IMG/VR virus record: IMGVR_UViG_3300037107_000081
Span: 11,034 to 75,033 of that record
DNA: 64,000 nt
Source of the DNA: a virus
Strand: one strand, 5' to 3'
Part shown: positions 18,648 through 28,743 of the stretch, piece by piece
Position numbering within the stretch: the first letter of the stretch is position 1
Layout of the letters: each line of letters opens with the position of its first letter
Translations under genes and position numbers: made by a program
Notes under the pieces: model-generated
Databases searched by the model: none
What the model was told of the DNA's origin: nothing
The model's input: the letters and a program-made list of their open reading frames with translations, nothing else

Positions 18648-20577
18648 ACATTTTCAAAATCAGCTAGATTCTTCTAATTGTGAATTTTTACCAGAGGATA
18701 TAAAAAATAATGTACTCTCTGATTTTCACACAATGTCACAGCTTGATATAGATAACAATGCTGATCAGAACCAATTCTTTATGGTGAGAAATCATGTGCA
18801 AGAGATTGTTAATTTAGTATTCAATAGAAAATTAAATGACAACACATCTAGGGCAATTGCTGCGGAAGTTTTCAGGAATAGGGAAAATGCACCTATTGGA
18901 ACGCTTTTGGAGTTAATACAAGCCACTGAACTCGCATTAAAGAAGATGATACCTGATTACATTAGACCCAAGATTGCCTATCCTCAACCAATGGCAATTG
19001 AGGAGCGTCCTGAATATGATATTGGTCGTTGGGTAATGGCTACACGAGAGATATATAATTTGATGAATAAAGGATATTCTCAAGATCAGGCTGAAAAAAA
19101 TATAACTGGCAATTGGGAAGTAAGGGAAAAAATGGATTATGAACAATGGTTAAAATTCTATAAGGACAAAACTCCGGAGAAATATCCCAAACTCGCAGCA
19201 GAAGATCATGGCGAAAATTTATTCTTGGCCAATCTTCCTCTTGGTGTTGGGGCTTTGCGTGCTCGTACCAATAACAGCGGAAAGTTCCCTAATCCTATCT
19301 CAAGCGATCAATATAATTCAAAGGTGTCTCCTGGGTTGACGCAGAATTTACCAGAATCAGATGTAGCTTCTGCTCGTGATAAAATTGAAGGCCAGCGCAA
19401 GAAGCTTATTAGTCGTTTGAATTCTGCTGAAAAAATGTTGGCTTCGCTTGATGGTCAATTATTTGCTGGAGATGATCAAGAATTAATGTTGAAACTTCTT
19501 CAGGATTTGAAACGAAGAATTCAAATAGCCAATAAACTTACGGCAAAATCATCATTGTTTGAAGATTATATTTATCGTACAGCAAATTTCTTGAAGGTTA
19601 AAGGTAAGGATGATGCTGCTAATTTCTTTTATAAGATAGCACAATTTGGTGAAGGGCCTGCTGATGGAGGGCTTGATCTTGGTGAGTCTGAGGTTCCTGG
19701 AGAAGAAGCTGCACCACAAGCAGTATCAGACGATGGTAATAAACAAGAGACTTATGAATGTTTGAAGGAGTTTTTCGCCAACTTGAAAGAGGGAATTGAT
19801 GATGAAAATTCTCCTGAAGAAAAAAAGCCTGAGGAGTTAAAGCCAAATCCAACTGCTTTAAATATTCCACCACCAGCTGTTCCTGCACCTCCTGCCAAAG
19901 CCACAGCATCAATTGAAGATAATATCAAGCTTGGTATGGGTTACTGGCACAAGAATGCACAGATGGCTCCAGCAGCACCAGCGCCAAAACAATTACGCAC
20001 AGCACCACCCAAGCGTCCTAATAATGAACTTGAGGCTGTAGAGGGTGTTGTGCCGGAAGATAATACCGAAGATGTAATTGATGCGGCTCTCAAGAATGTT
20101 TCAATTAATGATGTTATTAGCCGATTGGAAATGCTTGTTTCAATTTATAATAAGAGAGAAATTGCTCGTCAGTTAGCCATTCTTGATATTATGATGGATC
20201 GCATTGGTTTATCTTCATTCTTCCCAGCTTTAGGTGAGGCAATGAGTAAGGCTCTTGAATCTAATCAGTACATTGGAAGTCGTCTTGAAGGTGTGTTGAC
20301 TAAGCTAAAAGGATCTCTTGAGGTTGCTGGTGCCTCTGAATGGATGGAAGTAAAGCAACAGAACAATCCAGAGACAGCAAATATTAGGCGCAATCTTCAA
20401 GAAAAAGAAGATGAAGAGAAAAGGCGCAAGGAAATGAGGAAGCAACAAGATATAGCAAAGATGGAGGGTGGTGCAGCGGGTCCTGATGTGGGTCCGGCAG
20501 CAGTTCCAGTTGGAGAATCGGTTGATTTGCAGAGACCAGCTAAAGTCGAAAGGGCACCAAGAATAGATGTGCGCTAA
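18634..20577 (+). CDS. Putative virion/head-associated protein
   Basis: Likely ATG 18634; KIAY, KLAA, KIAQ, KNAQ motifs followed by Pro/Glu-rich linkers. Confidence 0.65.
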   Translation: MSLNKHFQNQLDSSNCEFLPEDIKNNVLSDFHTMSQLDIDNNADQNQFFMVRNHVQEIVNLVFNRKLNDNTSRAIAAEVFRNRENAPIGTLLELIQATELALKKMIPDYIRPKIAYPQPMAIEERPEYDIGRWVMATREIYNLMNKGYSQDQAEKNITGNWEVREKMDYEQWLKFYKDKTPEKYPKLAAEDHGENLFLANLPLGVGALRARTNNSGKFPNPISSDQYNSKVSPGLTQNLPESDVASARDKIEGQRKKLISRLNSAEKMLASLDGQLFAGDDQELMLKLLQDLKRRIQIANKLTAKSSLFEDYIYRTANFLKVKGKDDAANFFYKIAQFGEGPADGGLDLGESEVPGEEAAPQAVSDDGNKQETYECLKEFFANLKEGIDDENSPEEKKPEELKPNPTALNIPPPAVPAPPAKATASIEDNIKLGMGYWHKNAQMAPAAPAPKQLRTAPPKRPNNELEAVEGVVPEDNTEDVIDAALKNVSINDVISRLEMLVSIYNKREIARQLAILDIMMDRIGLSSFFPALGEAMSKALESNQYIGSRLEGVLTKLKGSLEVAGASEWMEVKQQNNPETANIRRNLQEKEDEEKRRKEMRKQQDIAKMEGGAAGPDVGPAAVPVGESVDLQRPAKVERAPRIDVR

Positions 20578-20586
20578 GAGGATAAA

Positions 20587-21327
20587 ATGGCTGGACTTAG
20601 GGATACTCTACTGGAAATAAAACGCCTAGCAAAAGATAATGGTTTGTCTGAGCCATATATCGTAGGCGGTCTTCCACGTGATAAAATCCTTAATCGTTCT
20701 CGTAAAATAGAAGATGTAGACTTAACTTCTGGTGATGAGTCTATTCATAAATTGGCAGAAATTACAGCTAATAATTTCAAAGTTGTACCAATGAGATTTC
20801 CAGATGGTCATTATCAAGTTTATATTGATGGCGTTAAGTATGATTTCTCTTCAAACTATAACTCACCAGATGCTAAATATTTTTTGGAAAAGGTTGGTAT
20901 TAAAAACCCTACCAATATGCAATTAGAATTATTTAGTCGTGATTTTACTTGCAATACACTTATTTTATCATTGGCACTAAGAAAGATTATAGATCCAATT
21001 GGTTTGGCATTGGATGATATTAGGAAAAAGATTATCAAGACTCCGCTTCCGCCAAGAATAACTTTGAGGGATGATACCAAGCGAGTGATTCGTGCAATTT
21101 ATTTGGCAGCTAAGCTTGGATTTTCTGTAGAAGAAGATATTATTGTATGGGCTCAGAATCATCATGAGAAAATTAATTCTGAGGTATCTGTGGGATTTGC
21201 AAAGAGAAAACTTGCTGATGCTACTCGTGCTGATATAAAAAAGACTACTGAATTACTTAATGCTATGGGTCTTTGGAATGTGGTGGGGATTCCTAGGATA
21301 TTAATAGAGCAAAGGAGTGTGTTGTGA
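20587..21327 (+). CDS. CCA-adding enzyme/poly(A) polymerase-family nucleotidyltransferase (head and neck only)
   Basis: YIVGGLPRD, DVDL, RDFTCN, IIDP.G...DD, DDTKRVIRA motifs. Confidence 0.85.
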   Translation: MAGLRDTLLEIKRLAKDNGLSEPYIVGGLPRDKILNRSRKIEDVDLTSGDESIHKLAEITANNFKVVPMRFPDGHYQVYIDGVKYDFSSNYNSPDAKYFLEKVGIKNPTNMQLELFSRDFTCNTLILSLALRKIIDPIGLALDDIRKKIIKTPLPPRITLRDDTKRVIRAIYLAAKLGFSVEEDIIVWAQNHHEKINSEVSVGFAKRKLADATRADIKKTTELLNAMGLWNVVGIPRILIEQRSVL

Positions 21328-21818
21328 AATTGCGTCTAAAAATAGCTGAGGTTCGCAAAAATAATGAAGATCCTTGTCCATTTGGGTTGCCGATTCCTTT
21401 TGGATGTAAATATGCGGGTAAGAATGTAGAAAATATGGCTCCTTTTAATGTAATGGGTAAAGAAGCAAGCGAAGATGAAAAGGAAATGTTGGCCGCTGCT
21501 AATACTAAATTGTTGGCTTGGAATTTGTTGAGAAGTTCTGAGAAGCCTGAGCAGTGTCCTTATGTTGGTCATATATTAGAACACAATGATGCAGTTGAGT
21601 GTAATCATGACGATACAGCACCAGGACAGGGACCAGCTCAAGCATTAACGGCCGCTCCTTTTTATTCTAAGATGTTTAATGGAGTAATTACAGGATTGAG
21701 TACTTACCCCAGCGGATACCTTGCGGATTACAATGTTAGCAGAAATATGTACTTTGGAAGTTATTCTTTAAGTGGGAATTTTATAGGTTTTTCTTATACT
21801 AAACTAGGCAATGTATAG
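21324..21818 (+). CDS. Cys-containing hypothetical protein
   Basis: CPFGLPIPFGC..AG, CPY, C; GTGA overlap. Confidence 0.65.
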   Translation: MKLRLKIAEVRKNNEDPCPFGLPIPFGCKYAGKNVENMAPFNVMGKEASEDEKEMLAAANTKLLAWNLLRSSEKPEQCPYVGHILEHNDAVECNHDDTAPGQGPAQALTAAPFYSKMFNGVITGLSTYPSGYLADYNVSRNMYFGSYSLSGNFIGFSYTKLGNV

Positions 21819-22062
21819 GTTTTACTTTAACATAATCATATCTAATTGATTGATCTGTGTTTGATATTTTATACATTTTACCAGTATGTGAAGTAGGATC
21901 TTTGGTAACCTCAGAATGAATTAAGTATCCAAATTTTTCAGCGTATTTGTATGCCGCCTGCAGAGAGTTGATTGCCTTAACATTAAATTCATTATACCAC
22001 TCTGCTTTTTGTGGGTCAGTGTTTTTTGGATCGAAACTCGAAGATATTGAATACATTTTCAT
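21799..22062 (-). CDS. Hypothetical protein
   Basis: 87 aa, AGGAG RBS on the minus strand. Confidence 0.55.
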   Translation of the reverse strand: MKMYSISSSFDPKNTDPQKAEWYNEFNVKAINSLQAAYKYAEKFGYLIHSEVTKDPTSHTGKMYKISNTDQSIRYDYVKVKPIHCLV

Positions 22063-22111
22063 AATTGCTCCTAAAAATAGGTAGTTGTTAAGTTTGTGTT
22101 ATATAAGTAAT

Positions 22112-22372
22112 ATGAAGAATTGTTTTAAGGTAGATTTTTATTCACGCGATATTGATCATGGATGGGATTATCAAATTGAAGGTGAGGATCTGAAAAATAT
22201 AAATGATTTGCGTTCAGAAATTAAAAACCTTATATCACGTGCTTATTATGATGATATTGAAGAGCGATTATATTATTTACGAATGATTGAGTGGAATATT
22301 ATAAACATGCATCTTTGGAGTGGTTTTGCTGGAGAATCACAAGCGCCCGAAAGTCCCCTTCTTCTTTTTTGA
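22112..22372 (+). CDS. Hypothetical protein
   Basis: Likely ATG 22112. Confidence 0.45.
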   Translation: MKNCFKVDFYSRDIDHGWDYQIEGEDLKNINDLRSEIKNLISRAYYDDIEERLYYLRMIEWNIINMHLWSGFAGESQAPESPLLLF

Positions 22373-22409
22373 TTTATTGTATCCATCTAAAATAATACTT
22401 TCCATAAAT

Positions 22410-22478
22410 CACCACCTATATCAACCAAATTTCTATATATCACCACCTATATCAACCAAATTTCTATATATCAACCAA
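22410..22478. repeat. 31-bp perfect tandem repeat (2 copies plus partial)
   Basis: CACCACCTATATCAACCAAATTTCTATATAT at 22410-22440 and 22441-22471. Confidence 0.9.
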
Positions 22479-22490
22479 GTCAACTAATTT

Positions 22491-22544
22491 CTTCTGGTAA
22501 AAAATAATAAATGACCAAAATGTATAATAAGCAACTGATATATA
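22491..22544 (+). promoter_or_regulatory. Bipartite motif (CTGGTAAAA-N18-TGTATAAT) followed by TGATATATA
   Basis: 22494-22502, 22521-22528 and 22536-22544, upstream of ATG 22593. Confidence 0.6.
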
Positions 22545-22592
22545 TCCTAGTGTGCCGGCCTCTCAAAACAGCAACCGGTACTAGGAGAAAAT

Positions 22593-23006
22593 ATGAAAAA
22601 TAAAATAGAAACAGTTGATTTTTTAAAAGACATTATTGATTCCGCTAGTAAGCAAGATATTAAAACAATGTATGAGTATTTAAACGATAAATTTGAATCA
22701 GTACAAAAATTAAAAATGATTGTTGAATTAAATGATGAAAAAATCAACCTATATAAAGAACAAGAAGCTTTACCTACTACACAGGATATTATTAAGCAAT
22801 TGATTTGTTGTTTGCAATTTCAAATCAGAGTTCAAGAGTTGTGTTCACTTTACCCTCTAGACTCAACTAATAATAATTATTCTCAGTATGTTTCTAAAGC
22901 AAGAGAAACTGCGGGATATATAGGAACAGCAATATCAGCACTTTCTCGTATTAATTTAGATTTAGGGTTCAACGAGGATTCTACACCATTAATTTTCAAA
23001 CAATAA
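22593..23006 (+). CDS. Hypothetical protein
   Basis: 137 aa, AGGAG RBS, followed by a terminator. Confidence 0.6.
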   Translation: MKNKIETVDFLKDIIDSASKQDIKTMYEYLNDKFESVQKLKMIVELNDEKINLYKEQEALPTTQDIIKQLICCLQFQIRVQELCSLYPLDSTNNNYSQYVSKARETAGYIGTAISALSRINLDLGFNEDSTPLIFKQ

Positions 23007-23007
23007 T

Positions 23008-23036
23008 AAAGCCTCATGAATTATTGTGGGGCTTTT
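23008..23036 (+). terminator. Intrinsic terminator
   Basis: AAAGCCTCAT-loop-GTGGGGCTTTT. Confidence 0.65.
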
Positions 23037-23096
23037 CTATTTAAACCCGTAATAACCCAATATACCAATAATCCAGAATAATACAGAGGTTCTAAA

Positions 23097-23927
23097 ATGG
23101 TAGAAAAACGCGCACAACAATTGGGAGAGTTCATTGCTCCATTAATGGGCAGTGGGGATTTTCCGCCTCTTGAAGTTGAAGACACCATAGAGGTTTCAGA
23201 AGATCCAGATAAGGATATTTTCTTCATTGATAAGGTTCCTGGTGCTCCCGATGCCCAAGAAATTATGGTCAAGGAAGATGATGGGGATAAGGACATTGAA
23301 GTAGAAGCCGATCCACAAGATAACGATCCGTGGCATTGGACCCATTCAACATTTATTCCTTGGGTATCTAAAATGATTGATAACTGTCCAAAGCATTCAG
23401 GATATGATGTTTCTGGTCTTGAAAAGTGTATTGGTTATTTTGGAGCCATACTAAGAGAATTTCCAAAAGCATTGCGTACAGACTTTAAGAACGAGATCGA
23501 TATTGATAAAGCAGAAAAAGCTCGTGAACAAATCATAAAAGCAATAGAACGTTTAGAAGATCGTCTTGAGCGTGTTAGTGCTGATAAATATGGTAAGAAA
23601 AAGAAGAGTTGGGCTGTCGAAGCTGGTCTAATCAAGGAAGCTGGAACAACAAATATTACAGGTATTACAATTACTGTTCCATTGTTAATTTCTACAATTG
23701 CTCGTGTGTGTATCAATGGTATGGTTTCGGCCGGTCATGATATGGAAGATATGTTTAAGCGTCAGGCAGAGGAATATTCGCTTGATAAAAGAGAACAGGC
23801 TGAATTATCGCAATTGCTAAGCGATATGGGTTATAGCATGATTCGTGATCGTGGATATCCTGCTGGCACTTCTGTTAAAACTTGGAAGAATGATAATTTT
23901 GATTTCAGTGCACAATATAATGATTAA
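23097..23927 (+). CDS. Putative head-associated protein
   Basis: 276 aa; EKRAQ and IKEAG motifs. Confidence 0.65.
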   Translation: MVEKRAQQLGEFIAPLMGSGDFPPLEVEDTIEVSEDPDKDIFFIDKVPGAPDAQEIMVKEDDGDKDIEVEADPQDNDPWHWTHSTFIPWVSKMIDNCPKHSGYDVSGLEKCIGYFGAILREFPKALRTDFKNEIDIDKAEKAREQIIKAIERLEDRLERVSADKYGKKKKSWAVEAGLIKEAGTTNITGITITVPLLISTIARVCINGMVSAGHDMEDMFKRQAEEYSLDKREQAELSQLLSDMGYSMIRDRGYPAGTSVKTWKNDNFDFSAQYND

Positions 23928-23936
23928 AGAGATTAT

Positions 23937-24827
23937 ATGAGAAACAATCCTGCTTTTTATAGAACTGACGAAATAAGTCGCGAACCAACCAAATGTCCTG
24001 ATTGGCTAGATCTTCTTGCTACTAAATTTGCTATTGATGAAGAAAGAAAAGGAGAGGTAGCAAAGACAGCCGTTGAAGTTGCTCGTGAACGTCAGCAACA
24101 CCAGCCATCGATATACGAGATGATGAGCGCAATTGTTAGCAACCAGAAGCCAAAATATAGTTCGGTTGAGGAAGCAGTTAAAGATTATCAGCGTCAGACC
24201 GGTTTAGAAGCATATTTAAAGCGTGAGGCTGGCTTTAATCTTGGTGAGCTTGCTAGTCAAATCATTGCTGCTGCTGAATATGAATTGAGTGGTGAAGATG
24301 AGTCTGATGCTAGGGGTGTGTGCCATAAGTGTGGTTGTACTCATGCCGAATGCGAATGCGATAAGGATGATGCTGAAGATGGTGGTTTCTTTAGAAGGAA
24401 TCTTGATTATGGGTGTGCTTCTGACAGCGATGACTCAAGGGATGCTACGGAAGAGGAATTAGAGGCATTTCCTGATAAAAAAAAAACACTGATTGCGCAG
24501 GGTGAGAAGCCAGAAATATTGGAAAATAATCCAGCAATTGAGCATTTTATAATTAACATGATCGAAACAAATCATGGTATTCAAATTCCGGCGCTGCTTC
24601 ATTCTTTGATGGAGACATTCAATCGTGATGGTGTTAATCAGGATATTTTTTCTGATAGATCGTTGCTAGATTGGATTAATAATATTTTGATTGAAAAGGG
24701 TGTTAAGGGTGAGTCTACTCCTTCGCATCTTGGACGTGGTGTTGGTACCCATGTCGATTACTCAGGCGAAAAAGATTCTAATAGAGACCCATTTACACTA
24801 TTAGAACCGGATAAAAGTTCGCTGTAA
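23937..24827 (+). CDS. Putative head-associated protein
   Basis: 296 aa; KTAV, CHKCGC..CEC segment, A10 tract at 24477-24486. Confidence 0.65.
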   Translation: MRNNPAFYRTDEISREPTKCPDWLDLLATKFAIDEERKGEVAKTAVEVARERQQHQPSIYEMMSAIVSNQKPKYSSVEEAVKDYQRQTGLEAYLKREAGFNLGELASQIIAAAEYELSGEDESDARGVCHKCGCTHAECECDKDDAEDGGFFRRNLDYGCASDSDDSRDATEEELEAFPDKKKTLIAQGEKPEILENNPAIEHFIINMIETNHGIQIPALLHSLMETFNRDGVNQDIFSDRSLLDWINNILIEKGVKGESTPSHLGRGVGTHVDYSGEKDSNRDPFTLLEPDKSSL

Positions 24828-24837
24828 TTAGGAAAGG

Positions 24838-26706
24838 ATGAAAGCTGCAGAGGTAGGTTTTTCGGGTTTATTTAATCAATTTCGTGACAATATACAACGC
24901 ATTGATCCGGTATATTTTTGTTCAAGATATTTAGCTATAGATGGTAAGCCGTTACAATTAGAGGGAACTGGATATAAACCATTCTCTGATATTTATAGAT
25001 ACATAGCTCTTAAAGCAATTGAGCCAAACGCAAAGCCAATTGTATTAGTAAAAGGACGGCAAGTAGGGGCAACGGTAATGGCTGCTGCTCTTGAATGTTA
25101 TTTTAGTGCGTGTGGATCTTTTGGTGTAAATGAACGACCACCAGCACGTATGATGCATTTATTTCCTACGTTATCACTAGCTGCAGCATATACAAAAGAC
25201 AAGCTGGATCCAATGATTAGTAGTGCGTTGCCGGTTCCAGGACTTATGAAGAGTAATGGTCTTTTGAAATCTTATATGGAGGCTAGGTTAGACGCAAGCA
25301 GCCCGACTAACAATAACATGCATTTCAAAAAATTCATGTTTGGAAATCAGATTTGGATTGAATCTACTGGTTTAGATGGCGACAGAATTCGTGGTCGTAC
25401 GTGCGATATTAATTTTTTCGACGAGGTTCAGGATATGTCGGACACTGCAATTGGTGCAGCGACTAAAATCTTAGCACAGTCACGCTATGGAGCACCAGGC
25501 GAAGGTGTTCAGGTTTACTACGGAACCCCTAAAACAAAAGGCGGCTCTTACTGGAATATGTGGCAAAACTCATCGCAAAATTACTTTCATTTGCGTTGTG
25601 AAAAATGTGGCAAGTATTTTCCATTGTATCATCCCAGCATAAATTGGGAAGAAGTGTGGGTTTATGGTTTAACTGTTAAGTGCACAGAATGCAGTCATGA
25701 ACAAGATAAACTTGAAGCTCAGGAACGTGGTAAATGGATCCCGCTTAATGAGCCAGATAAATGCGATTTTGTTGGTTATCACATAAATCAATTATACATT
25801 CCACATTTCACCAGAGAGACAATAGAAAAAGCCAAGCCGGAACGAAGCCCAATTAATACTGAGCGCGTTTATATGAATGAAGTTCTTGGTGAGTTTTATG
25901 ATGGAGAAGGTGGAACAATTACCGCTCAAGAGATTCGGGATAAATGTATTGATAAAGGTCGTAAAATGCCCAAGTTTATTTATCCAGAACAGAATAAGAG
26001 AGTTTATGCAGGATTCGACTGGGGACAAAGAGGAGCGCTTGAACAAATAGCCGGAAGAGGAAGAAAAGGCTCTTATAGTTGTGCGGTTATACTTACGGTT
26101 TCTGATAATTTATTTAATGTGGAATTTGCTACTAGATTACTCAGACCAGATCCAGAAACTAAAATGGGTACTGTTGAGGAGATGTTTAGGCGCTACAATA
26201 TGGCATTATCTGTTGGTGATATTGGTGATGCTTATGATTTAACTCATAAATTGCAAAGGGTTTATGACGAGAAGTTTTTGGCATCGCGTTCTTCTCATAA
26301 AGTTAATGGCCATATAAAATATTCCAATGATGAATGGCCAAAAACAATTGTATTCGAGAAGGATTATTATATTTCAGAGGTATTGGGATTGCTTAAAGAG
26401 GGTAGAATTAAATTTCCTGGTGGTAGTTATGACCGTATTGAATGGATGATTGAGCATTGTGCAAGTATGGATATTAAGGTTACCAGGGATAAATCAGGCG
26501 AACCATTAAAGAAATATGTAAAAGGATCTGGGGCAAACGACGGGTTAATGGCCTTGTTGAATGCTTATTTGGCCTGGAAATTCGATGTAACTCAAGGTTT
26601 TACGATTGCTAATCCACAACACATGAAATATGACTTGGCCACAAAAGGTAGTCAGGTTCAGGCGGTTCTTGGCTTTGTTCCTAGAATGTTTGGAGGCCGC
26701 GGATAG
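24838..26706 (+). CDS. terL: Terminase large subunit (lambda GpA-like)
   Basis: KGRQVGAT, DRIRG, FFDEVQD (Walker B), GTP, CEKC/CTEC, GYHINQL, EVLGEFY, GFDWG nuclease motif. Confidence 0.88.
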   Translation: MKAAEVGFSGLFNQFRDNIQRIDPVYFCSRYLAIDGKPLQLEGTGYKPFSDIYRYIALKAIEPNAKPIVLVKGRQVGATVMAAALECYFSACGSFGVNERPPARMMHLFPTLSLAAAYTKDKLDPMISSALPVPGLMKSNGLLKSYMEARLDASSPTNNNMHFKKFMFGNQIWIESTGLDGDRIRGRTCDINFFDEVQDMSDTAIGAATKILAQSRYGAPGEGVQVYYGTPKTKGGSYWNMWQNSSQNYFHLRCEKCGKYFPLYHPSINWEEVWVYGLTVKCTECSHEQDKLEAQERGKWIPLNEPDKCDFVGYHINQLYIPHFTRETIEKAKPERSPINTERVYMNEVLGEFYDGEGGTITAQEIRDKCIDKGRKMPKFIYPEQNKRVYAGFDWGQRGALEQIAGRGRKGSYSCAVILTVSDNLFNVEFATRLLRPDPETKMGTVEEMFRRYNMALSVGDIGDAYDLTHKLQRVYDEKFLASRSSHKVNGHIKYSNDEWPKTIVFEKDYYISEVLGLLKEGRIKFPGGSYDRIEWMIEHCASMDIKVTRDKSGEPLKKYVKGSGANDGLMALLNAYLAWKFDVTQGFTIANPQHMKYDLATKGSQVQAVLGFVPRMFGGRG

Positions 26707-26707
26707 C

Positions 26708-26765
26708 TGATATATAAACAAATAGATTCTCTGGTAAAAATAATAAAAACCAAAGAGTGTATAAT
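26708..26765 (+). promoter_or_regulatory. TGATATATA plus bipartite motif (CTGGTAAAA-N18-TGTATAAT) upstream of the portal gene
   Basis: 26708-26716, 26731-26739 and 26758-26765. Confidence 0.6.
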
Positions 26766-26791
26766 ATTCTGCAATATAAATGTAGGTTTTA

Positions 26792-28702
26792 ATGATCGAT
26801 ATTAATAATGAAAGAACCAGGGCACAGGAACTAATTGAAAAAAACCGTAAATTAGTATCTAGAGCGGCAACCATAATGTCAAATAATATGGCATTGTCTG
26901 GTATTCCTGAAATTTCTAATCGAATGGCGCGTGGGGTTAGTGAGGAGCGCCGAGAATTGATGGAAATGCAACTTGAGGCTGGTGAATTCAGGGAGCAAGG
27001 ATCTGGTTTTTCAGGAGCATCTAGAGACCGTTCAGTTAAGAAATCACAAACAGAATTAGGCCTTGTAGCTCATAATGGAAAAAACCTATACAAGATGGCA
27101 GCTGATGGAGGTGTTATCTCTGGTAGCGGTGGCGGATGGCGAGGTAGTAATGATTCAGTTAGACAGGTTCCGGAAGTTTATTCTCCTTTATGGCTTAATT
27201 CAAATTTAAACTTACCAAGAGATCGTCCAACAATTAATGCTTGGAGTCGTAGTTTTTTTGCATTAAATCCCATTGTTCATAATGCAATAACACTACATTC
27301 AACATATCCAATTGCAAAACTAAATATCAAATCAAAGAATCCTAAGGTTGAGAAGTTTTTTTCTCAGATGTCAGAAGAAATAGATTTGATGAATATTGCC
27401 GTACTAGCCGCTCAGGAATATTGGATTCTTGGAGAGGCTTTTATTTATGGCGAATTAGATGAGAGCAAGGGTAGTTGGAGTCGGTTGATGATTCTAAACC
27501 CTGATTATGTTAATGTTCAGAGAAGTGTAATTGCAGCAGAACCAATTATTAGTTTGCGCCCTGATGAAAACCTTAGACGTGTAGTAATGGGTAATCAACC
27601 ATCGGATCTGCAACAACGCAAACAACTTGATCCGTCTATTATTGAGCATGTTCGTCGTAATGAGAATATTCCACTAAATAACTTCTATGTTCATCATATG
27701 GCTCGTAGAATTTCGCCTTATGAGATTCGTGGAACGGGCTTGATTGTAAGTTGTTTTAGAGCCTTGATGTTATGGGACAAAATTCGCGAATCAAAGTTTG
27801 CACAAGCCGACAACATGGTTAATCCGCTGACACTTGTAAAGATTGGTGATGCAGATTTTCGCCCAGGCCCACAAGATCTTGAAAATTGGCGACATGTGTT
27901 CGAGGCGGGACAGTATGATCGCGATTTCAAAATTTTTACACATAATGCTGTAACGGTTGAGCGTATTGGTTATGGCCAAGGTATTTATGATACTTCAGCT
28001 GACATAACACAATTAATTAAAGAAATTTATATTGGTTTGATGGTGCCGTCTGTAATTATGGATGGCAGTGATACGACTTATGCGACTGGTTCTGTAGCAT
28101 TGGATGTTTTGCGTCAGAGATATATGCAATTCCGCCAGATGATGACTACTTGGTTGAAGAGAAAGATTTTTGCTCCAATTGCTCAGATTCAAGATTTTTA
28201 TGAATATGTAGATGGTGAAAAAACTTTGATTGTTCCTGAAATTGACTGGAACCATATGTCTTTGTTTGATATGGATAGTTACATTCAAAACATGGTTAAT
28301 CTTTCTCAGGGTCAAGGTGAAACTCCAAAGCGCGTTTCATTGCAGACTTTATATAGAAGCTTGGGTCTTGAATATGAGGAAGAGCAGAGAAAGATTCGTT
28401 ATGAAGATATTCAAGATGCAATTAGGACCAGAGAGCTTGCTGCTATGGCTAAGTATGATCTTCATGAATTGAAATCTCTTAATCCGGGTGATGAAATTGA
28501 GGAGCCTTCTGATACACCGGTTCCAGGAGAAAGCCCGTATATAACCCCACAAGGTGATGAGTCAGAAGGTGGAATGGGTGGTGGAATAGGACCAGGAGCA
28601 CCAAGCGGACCATCAATGCCAGGATCACCACCTCCATCTCCAATTGGCGGAGGCGGACCAAAACCGGCAGCTCCAAAGCCAGCAAGCCCACCTTCACCAT
28701 AA
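26792..28702 (+). CDS. Portal protein
   Basis: Follows TerL; NPIVHNAI..H...P, EYWILGEAF, LNPDYV, H.AR..SPY..RG...I, IY.GL.VP; Pro/Gly-rich tail. Confidence 0.8.
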   Translation: MIDINNERTRAQELIEKNRKLVSRAATIMSNNMALSGIPEISNRMARGVSEERRELMEMQLEAGEFREQGSGFSGASRDRSVKKSQTELGLVAHNGKNLYKMAADGGVISGSGGGWRGSNDSVRQVPEVYSPLWLNSNLNLPRDRPTINAWSRSFFALNPIVHNAITLHSTYPIAKLNIKSKNPKVEKFFSQMSEEIDLMNIAVLAAQEYWILGEAFIYGELDESKGSWSRLMILNPDYVNVQRSVIAAEPIISLRPDENLRRVVMGNQPSDLQQRKQLDPSIIEHVRRNENIPLNNFYVHHMARRISPYEIRGTGLIVSCFRALMLWDKIRESKFAQADNMVNPLTLVKIGDADFRPGPQDLENWRHVFEAGQYDRDFKIFTHNAVTVERIGYGQGIYDTSADITQLIKEIYIGLMVPSVIMDGSDTTYATGSVALDVLRQRYMQFRQMMTTWLKRKIFAPIAQIQDFYEYVDGEKTLIVPEIDWNHMSLFDMDSYIQNMVNLSQGQGETPKRVSLQTLYRSLGLEYEEEQRKIRYEDIQDAIRTRELAAMAKYDLHELKSLNPGDEIEEPSDTPVPGESPYITPQGDESEGGMGGGIGPGAPSGPSMPGSPPPSPIGGGGPKPAAPKPASPPSP

Positions 28703-28743
28703 TTAAGCCCAGCGCATATTCTGGCTTTTAACTGGAGTGGTTT

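Noticed and set aside
22410-22478. 31-bp repeat as a mini CRISPR array
   Set aside because: The copies are directly adjacent with no spacers, and there are no cas genes in the window.
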